From Stegostoma tigrinum (lineage: Eukaryota), in the NCBI RefSeq assembly GCF_030684315.1, contig NC_081369.1, forward strand, positions 57,516,477 through 57,580,476: a DNA stretch of 64,000 nt. Direction: 5' to 3'. The notes below the pieces were generated by a model, which saw only the letters and a program-made list of their open reading frames with translations, had not been told where the DNA came from and made no database searches. The position numbers and the translations under genes were made by a program. This document shows, in pieces, positions 52,301 to 60,890 of the stretch; position 1 is the first letter of the stretch, and each line of letters opens with the position of its first letter.

Positions 52301-55300
52301 ATAACCAAGAATACCAATGGAATTTTGGCCTTTATACCTCATGGACTGGGGTACAAAGATGTGGAGATTGTGCTGAATTCATGCAAAACCTTGGTTAGAT
52401 CCCATTTGGAGTACTGCGGGCAGATATAGGCACCGCACCTTAGCAAGAACATAGAACAGTACAGCACAATACAGGCCTTTCGGCCCACAATGTTGTGTCG
52501 ACCTAGTATGGATATGGTCTTGGAAGGAGTACATGGCAGGTTTACAGAAAGATACTCAGACTTCAGGGTTTAAGTTATAAGAAGAGATTTTACACATTAG
52601 AGATAACAAAGTCTAGAGCTGGATGAACACAGCAGGCCAAGCAGCATAAGAGTAGCAGGAAAGATGACATTTTGGGTCTAGACCCTTCTTCAGAAAACTT
52701 CAGAAAACATTTCTGAAGAAGGGTCTAGACCTGAAACACCAGCTTTCCTGCTTGGCCTGCTGTGTTTGATTCAGCTCTACACCTTGTTATCTCAGATTTT
52801 CCAGCATTAGCAGTTCCTATTATCTCTTTAATAAATTAGGGTAGACAGCAATCCAGAATCCTAAGCTGATGTTCTGGGGACCGGGGCCTGAATCTATCCA
52901 TTGTAGATGGTGAAATTTAAATTTAACTTGGAGAAAAAAATAATAATTCTGGACTGAAGTGGTTTCAGAGATATCAGGAACTGCAGATGCTGGAGAATCT
53001 GAGATAACAAGGTGTAGAGCTGGATGAGCACAGCAGGCCAAGCAGCATCAGAGGAGCAGGAAGCCTGACATTTTGGGCCTCGACCCTTCTTCAGAAAATA
53101 TCACAACAGCACTTCATATTTATCACATTACCCATTGGCATGGCAAGCAGGACTTTTTTTTTTCGGCTTAATAGAAACAATTCTGAGAATTCTTCCAGGA
53201 TTGGGGAACTTCAGGTAGGTAGGCCGACTGAAGAAGTTAGGGCTAGTAGGAACTGCTGATGCTGGAGAATCTGAGGTAACAAAGTGTAGAGCTGGAGAAC
53301 ACAGCAGGCCAAGCAGCATCAGAGGAGAGGGAAAACTGATGTTTCAGGCCTGGACCCTTCTTCAAAAATTCCTGAAGAAGGGTCCAGAACCAAAATGTCA
53401 GCTTTCCTGCTCTTCTGATGCTGTTGACCTGCTGTGTTCATCCAGCTCTAAACCTTGTTATCTGCAGAGAAGTTAGGATTGTTTTCTTTAGAGATGAGGA
53501 AGTTGAGAGGAATAGAAATATTCTAATTGATGAGGGGCCAGGCCAAAAGGATCAAAACCATGAGGGAACAAATAATTGGCAAAAGAGAGAATAGTGGCAC
53601 GAGGAAATCCCTTTCTGTGCAGTAAATAGTTGGGATTTGGAATAAACTGAGGGTCTGATAGGGGCAGTGTCAACGGAGACCTTCAAAAAGGGAAACGGGT
53701 CAATATCTAAAAAGGAAAAATGCAGGGTCATGTGAAAAGAAAGGTGAGTTGTTTTACAGGTCAGCACAGCCCCCACAGGCCAAATAACCTTCTATAACCA
53801 TTCTATGATGATAAGATTCAGTGTTTTGTTTCATAGACATGTTGTTTAATAATAAATCAAATTCTCACTGGTTAGCAGTTCACAGCAGGGTCACTTTATA
53901 GGTTATTTACAGAGAAGGAGTTTCTTAGCTGGAGGGAAAGAAGAATCACAGTTTGTCTTGGCATCCAGTTAACATTCTAGCTGTCAATCAAACTCTATCC
54001 GAGAGTCAAATTATCTGTTATTTTAGGTTCTTCAACTCTACAGACCGTCTCGTGTCAGAAATGGTGGACATTAAACTTTAAGACTTCTGCAAATATTATA
54101 TGAAACTAAACAGATCAGACTAGCAAAAACTAAACTTGGGGTTAAACTACTCTCGCTCCTTCACTCTTTTGCTCTCTGTCTTTCACACTTTCTACTCTGT
54201 TGGCTGCCTCTTTTCCCTTCTCTCTCTCTTCACCAGTCTCGTTTCTCATTTGTCTGATTCTTTCCCCCCATCTCCTCTAACTCTCTTTCTGTCATTTCCT
54301 TCTCCATCTCTCTTTACGCCTCTTTCAGTAAATCCCTTTGATCTCTCTTGGTGTATCTCCATTTCTGACACCCTTCCTATCTGTCTGATTTCCTCCTTCT
54401 GTCAGGACCTATCTCTTGCAACTTCCTCTTTTTCTCATCCTTTCCAACTCCTCGCTCCGGTCTTTGTGCTGGCCATCATTGCACTCCACTGGCACCATTG
54501 AAGGAGCAGAGTGAGAGGTTAACTACAGCAGACAGCCTGCCCACTGCTTTTCAACTGGTCCCTGTGCTCTCCATGATATTACCAGGGGTAGAGGGCCACC
54601 CTGCTCCACAAGTTTTACCCACATTTTCCCCTCCAGGTCAGCCACCTCCTTTATCCAGTTGAAATCCTATCACCTCACTGCCCTATTTTCCAAGGCTGCT
54701 GGCTTGGCTGTAGCAGGAATATCTGGACCCTACCTCCATAGATTAAATTGTACAGTGCCAGAGAAATTTTGAACTCTGGGCCGACAGTGTCTTCTATCTT
54801 GGATTCCCTTTGGGAAGGGCATTTTTTTTTCATTTTGTCCATGAGAGGTGACTCTGGCTGGCTATATCAGTATTTATTAAGAGTCAATTCCGTTCCTGTG
54901 GATCTGCAGACTCATATATAGATCAGGTCTCCTTAGAGTAAAGGGAAGACCTTTCAGAACAGAGATACGGAAAAACCTCTTCAGTCAGAGTGGTGAATCT
55001 ATGGAATTCACTGCCACAGAAGGCTGTGGAGGTCAGGTCATTAAGTACATTTAAGACTGAGATAGATAGGTTCAAGGGGTTCAAGGGTTATGGGGAGAAA
55101 GTAGGAGAATGGGGTTGAGGAACTTATCAGCCATGATTGAATGTCAGAGCAGACTTGATGGGCCAAATGGCCTAATTTCTGCTCCAATGCCTTATATTCT
55201 CATGGTCAGATGAGAGAGGCTGGTTTCCTTCCCTAAAGGAGATTAGTGACCCAGGTGGGGATTTATGGCTATCAACCTTGGTTACATGGTCGCTGTTGCA

Positions 55301-57020
55301 TTAGCTTACTTTATAAATGTGAGATATTTACTGAATGCATCATCTGCCATGATGGGATTTAAACTAGGATGGGATTTCCCTCAAACATGAGATTGGGGTT
55401 CTAGATCACTCCATCAGTGACATTAAAACCTATTGCATCCAGTGCTTCCGATGTGGTTTTCTCTATGTTGCTGAGACTAAACGTATGCTAGGTGACTGTT
55501 TCGCCAAGTGTCTCCACCCAGGCCTGTAATGGCCAGCCCACCCTCCCGGTCACTGCCCATTTCAACTCCCCATCCCATTCTCCCTCCAACATGTCCATCC
55601 TTGGCCCCCATCAGTGTCTCGGCTACACCCAATGCAGATTTGAGGAGCAACACTTTATCTTCCACCTGGGCACCCTACAGCCCTAACAACTCAACTGTTG
55701 AGCTCTTCAATTTCAAATAACCTTCCCACCCATCCCCAACACCCCGCTACATCCCCAATTAAGCTAAGTAGTGGCTCAATGGTTAGCACTGCTGTCTCAC
55801 AGCGCCAAGGACCTGCGTTCGATTCCACCCTCAGGTGACTGTCTATTTGGAGTTTGGACATTCTCCCCATACTTGCATGGGTTTCCTCTGGGTGCTGCAG
55901 TTTTCTCCAAGTCTAAAGATGTGCAGGTTAGGTGGATTGGCCATGCTAAATTTTGCCCCTTGTGTCCCGGGATGTGAAGGCTAAGTGGATTAGCCATTGG
56001 GGAGTACAGTGTCAGAGGGATTGGGTGGTGGGATGGGTCTGGGTGAGATGCTTATCAGGGGTTGGAGTGGACTCAATGGGCTGAGTGGCCTGTAAGGATT
56101 CTACGCAAAAGCTCTTGCTCATGATGGTAAGCATCTGGTAGGTCCTGGGGAATGATCCTGTGTTGTACTTCTCTTGTACAGGGCACTCAGTCAACCAGCT
56201 ATACCTTGGTACTATGGAGCAGTCCACAAGCCTGCTGGTTTTAAAGTTACCAGCTTGTGAGCATGAGTGCAAAGAGTTAAGCTGTTTCAACACAATCACT
56301 CCACAGCAGGCTTTCTACTTAGTGAAGCACCAGCGAACTGATCTGTTGCCAACCAATGCAGAGCAGGTTAATAAATATTGTCAGCTGTAACTCGCGCTAA
56401 CAAAATCTTGCTGCTACTGCATGTTAAGGAATTGTCCATCAGACCTTGTAAAACGCTTCTCATTTTACGTAAATTGGAGAGACTGGGCTATGAAGCAGAA
56501 ACCACTTGAAAAAGGGTAATAAATATACTGGTGTTTTTTATTTTGCTTTTCACACTCAGTGGATGCTGCACAATGGCTTGCTGCCAGACAAAGTCATGTT
56601 GCTGATGTAGGGAGAGTGGCAATTGCTTTGTCTGCAGCAAGACCCCACAAACAGCAGTATGACCTGTGAGTAGGTCGATGATTTTCAGAGGGCTGATGGA
56701 CAGACAGGGCTCGGTAGTCAGGACTTCAAGGGAGATATCTGCTGCTGTTCTTCAAATAGTGACACCCAGCTGAGAGGGCAAGTGGGCCAAAGGGATAACT
56801 GTCTCATCTGAAGGACAACACCTCTGACAGCAATATCCCCTCATAGTGTCAGGTTGCGTTCTGTACCTTGAGACTCTCAAGTGGAACATGAATCTTCCAG
56901 ATCAAACAAGGAATGCTGTTACTGGGGCTTTGCTGACCATAAAGTGAGAGGTCTTGGTAGTTTTACAAAGCAGATCTGTTACTCACTTCCCTGCAGCCTC
57001 TTCTCTCCGCCCCCCCCCCC

Positions 57021-57056
<36 letters not shown>

Positions 57057-59788
57057 CCCTGCCTCTTGCCCTTTTTGCCTCTCTGTCTCTCTCCCTCTTT
57101 ACCTCTGCCCCTCCGCCCCTCTCTCCCTCCCTGTCTCTCCCTCTCTGCCCCTCTCTCCTGCTTTCCCTCACTCATTTGCCTCTCTGCCCCTCTGTCCCTC
57201 TCTACCTCCTTCCCTCATTGTCTCTCCCTCTCTGTCCTTCTCCCTATCTCTTTCTGCTTCTCTCCCTCTGTCTCCCACTCTGTCTACCTCTAACCCTCCC
57301 TTACTTCTTCTCTGTCTCTCTGTCCCCCTCTCATGCACGCATCCACTCTCATCCCTATCCTCACTCTCTCACTCTCCCATCCTCACTTTCCACAATCATG
57401 CTCCTTAACCCAACTCTGCTGTTTCTGACGTTTAACACTTTCATAACTTTTATTTTCAAATTTAGCTCAGGTTGTGTACGGTCCCTGCATTATAGGTAAA
57501 AAGCAGAACTGTTCTCAGGAACAGTGACTGGGACCTGAAGCAGTCTGCTTTCTCTCCACAGGCGCTGCCAGATCAGCTGAGTTTCTCCAGCAATTGTGTT
57601 CAAATCTCACCTCCTGCCATGTTCAGATTTGAATGTGGCTCAGCAGGACATTGCCTGAGTCACTGGATGTATAATCCAACAACAGCATCACTATGCCATT
57701 ACCTCACTCCAATTAAGTTTTTTTCTGATGACGCCAGCACTGCGAATGGTTGAAGTTATGAGGTAAAAACAGAGAAAGAGCTGCAGGTCACTGCTTTGTT
57801 GCATGTGGCTTGGAAGCGAGTTCATGGGCAGCACTTGGTCATTTTCTCTTTTTCATTTATTTATTCAAAGTTGAGAACAAAAATGAGTGTATGACCGTAG
57901 ATTTGGATTCACTTGGGATAGTTGGGCACGTCAAACTCTCTCACTCTCTTTCTCACTGGCTCGCTCTCTCTCTCTCTCTCTGTCTCTCAAGTTTTTTTGA
58001 AGCTTAGCTCTTGTGCTTGAGCCCAGCTGGGAAGTCTTTGGCTTCCTGCACAGCTGTATGCAGGCAGTTGGATGTCTGCCAACATTGTAATAATCAAATC
58101 AGTTCAGTCAACCTTGGGGAATGATTTAAGGTTTGCCCCGGGGAGGGATTGGAGTTGGAGAGGGGGGGGTAGGAGGGGTGGGGGTGTTGGTGCCTGGGCG
58201 CTGTGTGAGAGAAGCTTTTATAAATCAGGTAATTTGGAAGTAGTCCCTTTGTAAAGGATGAAATGCAAAAAAAAGATTTTTTTTAACAAATCAACTTTTG
58301 TGCCACGTGATGTTTACGTATTTAGTTGGGTGTCACATTGGGAGCATAATTGTCTTTTCCCATCTCTCTCAGTCCATCTCCTGTCTCTTCCCCACTATTC
58401 TCCTCTTGTTCACCCACAAGAGAATGAGGACAGGTCTGTCCAGCATGGTCAGTGACACGTTAGGCAAGTATGTATGTTGCTGCCAGGCAAAAAGAAAGAC
58501 TCTGAACTTGATGTAGTGATTTACATAGCCTCAGGATACCTTAAAGCATTCAATAACTAATTAAGTGCTTCTGAAGTGTAACCGTTGTAATGTTCTGAGG
58601 AAATTTGAGAGACAGTGTTCAAAATCACAAAGTGTTTCAATGGAGTAAATAAAGGACAGTTGTCTGCGGTTCCAGATGGTTCAATAACCAGAGGGGACAG
58701 TTTTAAAGTGAATGGCAAAAGAGCTCGAAGATTCATGAGCAAAGTACTTCTACTCAAGCTGTTGCAATTTGGAATTCGCTGCCTGAAAGAATGGTGACAG
58801 TTGGAGCAATGGCGATTTTCAAAAGGGAGCCGAATAAATGCTGAAAAGGAAAGTCTGACGGAGGTGTGGGCACTGACGGGAGGATTGAGATTATTAGGAG
58901 AACTCTTCCTGACTGGTAGGCCCAAATAACCTCCACCAGTGATGTGAGGGCTTGTGCCTCTAACATCGCCGTGAATTTGCGGCCAGCAAGCTCCCACTGT
59001 GTAGACTAAATCATCTATTTTTGTTGAATTGCTGCCCAGACCACAGGGTGGTTGCTCCGTCTCTGCCTGGGTCCTTTCCCCACATCTGAGAGGGTAAGCA
59101 GGCCTTAGCTTGGTGTTTTAACTGAAAGGCAACACTTCTGATGCCTGTAGTCATGAACTGGAGTGTTAGTCTGGAATTCATGAGAACAGGGTTTTAATCC
59201 ACAAGCTTCTGACTCCAAAAAAGCATGTACTTTACCAGCTGAGACATGACTGACACAAATGCAATGTTTGGCCTTTGTTGTGGTGTAGCCTCGCATGTTA
59301 TCTCGGTTTGGGTATGAAGGCGAGGTAAAGTGGGTAGCTGACACAAGGGTGTCATGGCCCACCATGGAGAAGTGGAGAGCCACCAGCGTTGAGGAAAACA
59401 ACAAGATTAAGTATTAACGGCTGTGGGTATTCACAGTTTGCCTGTGCTTGATTAANNNNNNNNNNNNNNNNNNNNNNNNNNNNNNNNNNNNNNNNNNNNN
59501 NNNNNNNNNNNNNNNNNNNNNNNNNNNNNNNNNNNNNNNNNNNNNNNNNNNNNNNNNNNNNNNNNNNNNNNNNNNNNNNNNNNNNNNNNNNNNNNNNNNN
59601 NNNNCTGTTCCTCAGGCCTCAGTACGGGGGAAAGTTCTGCCATGGCTCCAGCCGGCTCTATCAGATGTGCAACGTACAGGCCTGTCAACACAACGGCATC
59701 CTGTTTCGAGACCAGCAATGTGCTGAGTACAACAGCAAGCCCTTCAGGGGCTGGTACTACAAGTGGAAGCCCTACACAAAGGTCAATG
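4285..59788 (+). CDS. ADAMTS18: Partial multi-exon ADAMTS16/18-family metalloprotease gene, most similar to ADAMTS18; six internal exons, gene extends beyond both window ends
   Basis: Joined exons read [93 protein letters not shown]...[52 protein letters not shown]...[14 protein letters not shown]...[19 protein letters not shown]...[24 protein letters not shown]. All junctions are GT-AG with compatible phases (2,2,0,0,2). Family is near certain. The 18-versus-16 call rests on my recollection of human paralog residues ([40 protein letters not shown]). Confidence 0.8.
4530..4750. mobile_element. Family-B palindromic mini-element with 15-bp TSD
   Basis: Arms about 4572-4650 and 4672-4750; flanked by gatatcagcagccta (4515-4529) and gatatcaacagccta (4750-4764). 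Confidence 0.88.
4651..4689 (+). ncRNA. Putative minimal type I hammerhead ribozyme on the pre-mRNA strand
   Basis: GGUU-CUGAGGA-A-GGGCC(ACUUG)GGCCC-GAAA-CG-UU-AACU: intact core, 5-bp stem II, 4-bp stem I, palindromic ACGU in place of helix III. Confidence 0.65.
6647..6684 (-). ncRNA. Putative minimal type I hammerhead ribozyme (family A, antisense to the gene) within the insert at 6553-6681
   Basis: Minus strand reads AGGCU-CUGAUGA-A-GGGUCUAGGCCC-GAAA-CGUC-AGCUU: GUC cleavage triplet and 5-bp stem I. Confidence 0.65.
7893..8330. mobile_element. Inverted pair of Penelope 3' termini (family A)
   Basis: 7893-8015 is the reverse complement of part of 8160-8260; both match the 42055-42240 Penelope end. 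Confidence 0.85.
8330..10085 (-). mobile_element. Highly degenerate CR1 with nested inserts (CR1 tails at about 8375-8510 and 9240-9455, family-B pieces)
   Basis: gtggcaccttatcaaatgccctctggaaatctaagtac is YLDFQ.AFDKVP on the minus strand; CR1-like 3' UTR near 8330. Confidence 0.7.
10095..10250 (+). mobile_element. Further tRNA-derived SINE family; second copy at about 1400-1555 (-)
   Basis: tagctcaattggctgga...gggtcaatt...ggtgaccctcaggttaaac is shared by both loci in opposite orientations. Confidence 0.7.
12058..12411 (-). mobile_element. HE1-like V-SINE; partial copies also at about 3553-3835 (-) and 33575-33768 (+)
   Basis: Reverse complement of the 41338 element (gtgctaaccactgagc, gtgggaggaaaccagagc, cctaacctgcaca). 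Confidence 0.85.
13205..13558. mobile_element. Rearranged family-A Penelope terminal cluster (inverted plus tandem pieces)
   Basis: Three terminal segments plus the post-terminus sequence acaattttaacc that also occurs at about 43076. Confidence 0.8.
15949..17483. mobile_element. Two diverged, related LTR-like repeat ends in inverted orientation (about 15949-16260 minus and 17110-17483 plus)
   Basis: Collinear blocks agtaca.aaacctg, caggtaaa.t.ggga and cagtgag/tagtgag, both ending TGACA; no internal ORF seen. Confidence 0.4.
17595..17732 (+). CDS. ADAMTS18: ADAMTS exon (138 nt): third zinc-binding His and Met-turn
   Basis: Acceptor ttttaaatcgaag|T, donor CTCAG|gtaggt; encodes (N)[45 protein letters not shown](S). 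Not shown in this frame by the ORF track. Confidence 0.95.
17800..19236 (+). mobile_element. Degenerate CR1/L2-group LINE (second family), RT region to 3' end
   Basis: Fragmented frames give [58 protein letters not shown] and AAHHHLLKG; ends ggaaataagtgctggccagtcagtgacacccacatccc. Confidence 0.85.
20167..20436. mobile_element. Family-A palindromic mini-element made of two inverted Penelope termini, each with a hammerhead-like core
   Basis: Arms of about 132 bp, near-perfectly complementary (about 6 mismatches by eye) around a loop of about 4 nt. Confidence 0.92.
21345..22145 (+). mobile_element. Degenerate CR1 LINE 3' fragment
   Basis: ORF 21384-21881 (DKCEVLHFG...YCVQFWLP...LERVQ..TRMLPG); tail ctatatgactctatga. 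Confidence 0.9.
24103..24256 (+). CDS. ADAMTS18: ADAMTS exon (154 nt): end of catalytic domain and start of disintegrin-like domain
   Basis: Acceptor ttttgttcatag|T, donor GTGAAG|gtacgt; encodes (S)[51 protein letters not shown]. Confidence 0.96.
25141..25478 (-). mobile_element. Same SINE family as 60891; decayed copies at about 96-375, 3862-4105, 4830-5195, 5540-5890, 10265-10580, 19590-19900, 29935-30140, 31045-31270 and 54835-55440
   Basis: Reverse complement aligns along its whole length with 60891-61260. Confidence 0.85.
25700..26935 (-). mobile_element. Highly degenerate CR1 ORF2 middle fragment
   Basis: gtggtacttcatcaaatgccttctggaaattgaaatac (Y.DFQKAFD.VP) and ccatctggac (PDG) on the minus strand. 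Confidence 0.65.
28050..28565 (+). mobile_element. CR1 LINE 3' fragment
   Basis: [32 protein letters not shown] followed by CR1 3' UTR. Confidence 0.9.
30162..30425. mobile_element. Family-B mini-element with an internal hairpin, approximately 13-bp TSD
   Basis: acattggaaaagt (30149-30161) and acactggagaagt (30426-30438); internal inverted repeat about 30204-30283. Confidence 0.8.
31835..32088 (+). mobile_element. Short CR1 3' end with (ATGTTCT)n tail; other short CR1 ends at about 20440-20560, 27150-27350, 33915-34510, 54930-55205 and 58610-58940
   Basis: gatgtcagaggcaggttctttactcagagagtggt...tggaacgccctgcc matches the end of the 36449 ORF; tail tctatgttctatgttct. Confidence 0.85.
32279..32478. 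mobile_element. Family-A palindromic mini-element with approximately 15-bp TSD
   Basis: catatatgacatggc (32266-32280) and cacataagacatggc (32479-32493); minus-strand core CUGAAGA..GAAACGUC is intact. Confidence 0.88.
36341..37361 (-). mobile_element. Young 5'-truncated CR1 LINE: RT C-terminal half, 3' UTR and (ATGTTCT)n tail
   Basis: Uninterrupted 300-aa ORF 36449-37351 with [20 protein letters not shown] and [13 protein letters not shown]; tail seen as (agaacat)n at 36341-36380. Confidence 0.95.
38148..38297. mobile_element. Family-B palindromic mini-element with perfect 15-bp TSD; hammerhead part absent
   Basis: agggagatgaaggct at 38133-38147 and 38298-38312; internal arms are reverse complements. 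Confidence 0.9.
38414..38509 (+). CDS. ADAMTS18: ADAMTS exon (96 nt): disintegrin-like domain
   Basis: Acceptor ttccaccacag|GAT, donor AACAAG|gtaagt; encodes [32 protein letters not shown]. Confidence 0.96.
40062..40210 (+). CDS. ADAMTS18: ADAMTS exon (149 nt): end of disintegrin-like domain and start of central TSP1 repeat
   Basis: Acceptor cttatcatcacag|TGG, donor CCAAA|gtaagg; encodes [49 protein letters not shown](K), with WxxWxxW and CSRTC motifs. Confidence 0.96.
40882..41045. mobile_element. Family-A palindromic mini-element with internal deletion
   Basis: Left arm ends at gcaggccaagcagc; right arm starts aagggtctaggcccgaaacgtcagc and lacks CUGAUGA. Confidence 0.85.
41090..41810 (+). 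mobile_element. Old Deu-domain-type SINE (SacSINE1/AmnSINE1-like) split by the V-SINE; similar relics at about 2830-3180, 15170-15420, 29640-29920, 56620-56900 and 59040-59240
   Basis: gagtgctacactgatggaggtgctgtctttc...tatttatcc...actaaaac, resuming after 41692 with tgtttgtgag...tttcctgtattacaaca...tgaggttgcgaaagg; family name is from recall. Confidence 0.6.
41338..41692 (+). mobile_element. Full-length tRNA-derived V-SINE (HE1-like)
   Basis: A box ggtggctcagtggt, B-box-like ggtttcattcga, V-domain gtgtggagtttgcacattctcc...ctctggtttcctccc, CR1-type tail. Confidence 0.88.
42050..42690 (-). mobile_element. Penelope-like element 3' part (GIY-YIG C-terminus plus terminal repeat), inverted relative to the neighbouring copy
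   Basis: ORF 42461-42769 contains [33 protein letters not shown]; reverse complement closely matches about 43945-44400. Confidence 0.92.
42930..44455 (+). mobile_element. Penelope-like retroelement, internally deleted and frameshifted: terminal repeat, RT C-terminal part, GIY-YIG endonuclease, 3' end
   Basis: YIDD at 43157-43168 is in frame with [17 protein letters not shown]...LSFL...[15 protein letters not shown]; then [39 protein letters not shown]...VANHF...HS and [15 protein letters not shown]. Confidence 0.92.
45353..45448 (-). mobile_element. Single family-A arm with intact hammerhead core on the minus strand, approximately 11-bp TSD
   Basis: gacgtttcgggcctagacccttcatcag; flanks catttaactta (45342-45352) and cagttaactta (45449-45459). 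Confidence 0.82.
45737..45876. mobile_element. Family-A palindromic mini-element with perfect 13-bp TSD
   Basis: tgggtatcttcag at 45724-45736 and 45877-45889. Confidence 0.9.
46155..46790 (+). mobile_element. CR1 LINE 3' fragment
   Basis: Aligns by eye with 28050-28565 and 21500-22145; tail gctgtacaactctatgac. Confidence 0.88.
47725..49572 (-). mobile_element. Rex1/Babar-clade LINE fragment, RT to 3' end
   Basis: ORF 48613-49146 (VFTDIFSL...[15 protein letters not shown]...[14 protein letters not shown]...LQFAY..NRSTEDA...LNTGAP) and ORF 47934-48215 ([14 protein letters not shown]); 3' end ttttcactgtactttggtacatgtgaca plus short repeat tail. Confidence 0.85.
49843..50045 (+). mobile_element. 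Penelope-like RT fragment joined to a family-B terminal repeat
   Basis: [30 protein letters not shown] resembles 43200-43300, followed by decayed agttctgaaagaagg...aaaacattaactctg. Confidence 0.75.
52600..53098. mobile_element. Family-A palindrome (52600-52826), SINE fragment, and single family-A arm (52968-53098)
   Basis: Repeated agctggatgaacacagcaggccaagcagcat...gacccttcttcagaa in both orientations. Confidence 0.82.
53245..53467. mobile_element. Family-A palindromic mini-element inserted in a CR1 fragment, 10-bp TSD
   Basis: agaagttagg at 53232-53241 and 53468-53477. Confidence 0.85.
55435..55735 (+). mobile_element. Older Penelope-like GIY-YIG fragment
   Basis: [23 protein letters not shown]...[15 protein letters not shown] parallels the endonuclease C-terminus near 44000-44170. 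Confidence 0.85.
55771..56103 (+). mobile_element. HE1-like V-SINE
   Basis: gtggctcaatggttagcact...gttcgattcc...tggagtttggacattctcc; same layout as the 41338 copy. Confidence 0.88.
57000..57390. repeat. CT-rich low-complexity tract with a (CT)n microsatellite
   Basis: C run at about 57010-57020, (ct)n at about 57024-57052, then degenerate ctctctgccc units; similar tracts at about 54150-54460 and 57935-57988. Confidence 0.95.
59456..59604. other. Assembly gap (149 N)
   Basis: Run of n characters ending 11 nt before the last exon. Confidence 0.99.
59616..59788 (+). CDS. ADAMTS18: ADAMTS exon (173 nt): end of TSP1 repeat and start of Cys-rich domain
   Basis: Acceptor ctgttcctcag|G, donor AATG|gtaaat; encodes (K)[57 protein letters not shown]. 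Confidence 0.95.
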
Positions 59789-60890
59789 GTAAATATTTGA
59801 ATGTGGCCACTCACGCTTTGGGAAGAGGAACGAGTGTAGAATTGTGTTCCAGACTTGTGCACAGCTAAAGTACTAGGACATTCCATCGAATTTCACCATA
59901 TTGCAGCAGACCATTTTCCTCCATTTTTCTTCCATTCACTCCACCAGCCTCTCCCCACACCTATGTTTACGTCTTGCACTATGTATAAAAGACCCATTCT
60001 GTCCCTTTCACACCTTAATTTGCACCCATTTTGCACCATCTTTCTCCACTATGAACAACCCTGTGTCTTTTTTTTACACTGGGCATCTGCCTCTGTCAAA
60101 AGTATCCAAAAAAAAGAATTCCAACACCTTTCAGTCCTGAAAAAGAGTCATAGTGGACTCAAAATTATAACTGTTTCTCTCTGCACAGATGCTGACACAC
60201 CTGCTGAGTGTCTCCAGTGTCCTCTCAAATTTCCAACATCTGCAATATTTTGCATTTATTAGACCACTTCATCGAATTGATTCAAAAACAGAAATCGCTG
60301 GAAAAGTTCAGCAGGTCTGACAGCATCAGTCGAGAGAAATCAGAGTTCAGTGACCTTTTCTCAGAACGGATCACTCAGTTGATTGGTACTTGAGCTTCCT
60401 CCTACTCGACTTCATTTTATCGTCGTCAGCCACATTCCATTCTCCCTCACGTACCTCCTTCACTATTCACTTCACGTCCTCCTTAGGGGCAAACTCTACA
60501 TTCTCACCACTGTCCGACTTGAGGCGTTTTTCCTTCACCCTTTTTGTATTTAGAAGAATATTTTGTATTAATGACCTCTTGTTTCGGGCTCCTACACATT
60601 CGGAAACGTTTTCCCTGGATCTACCTTGCTGAGATTTCATAATTGTAAAGTCCTTTGTGGTATTGCCCCCTCGCCCTTTTCTACTCGGGAGGAGTCACAG
60701 CAAAAATATTCCAAAATAAGAACTTAAGAAATGTGATCAGGAGTAGACCACAAGGACCCCCTGAAGCCGGTTTCTGTTATTCAGTATGTTTGGGGATAAC
60801 CTTTTGCCTCAATGTCCCTCTGTCTTCCCCCTCCTCACCTCTCTGTTCCCTGAGACACCAAAGAAATACCCATCTCAGCCTTCCTGGGGA

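Larger units (their letters stand above)
51750..53810 (+). mobile_element. Old CR1 fragments hosting nested inserts
   Basis: [20 protein letters not shown] (51859-52098) and LVRSHLEYC (52217-52429); interrupted by a CR1 tail (52447-52505, minus strand), family-A elements and a SINE. Confidence 0.8.

Noticed and set aside
56881-57499. Long Ser/Leu/Pro- and Arg/Glu-rich ORFs
   Set aside because: Artefacts of the CT-rich tract, which lacks stop codons
59448-59886. ORFs spanning the N run
   Set aside because: Artefacts of translating through the assembly gap; the real exon is 59616-59788
694-60368. Recurrent short repeats as a CRISPR array or DNA-transposon MITEs
   Set aside because: Eukaryotic intron, dispersed rather than regularly spaced, variable junctions and TSD lengths, and sequence matches Penelope termini
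60370-60720. Possible CR1 ORF2 middle fragment on the minus strand
   Set aside because: Only faint similarity; not supportable without alignment
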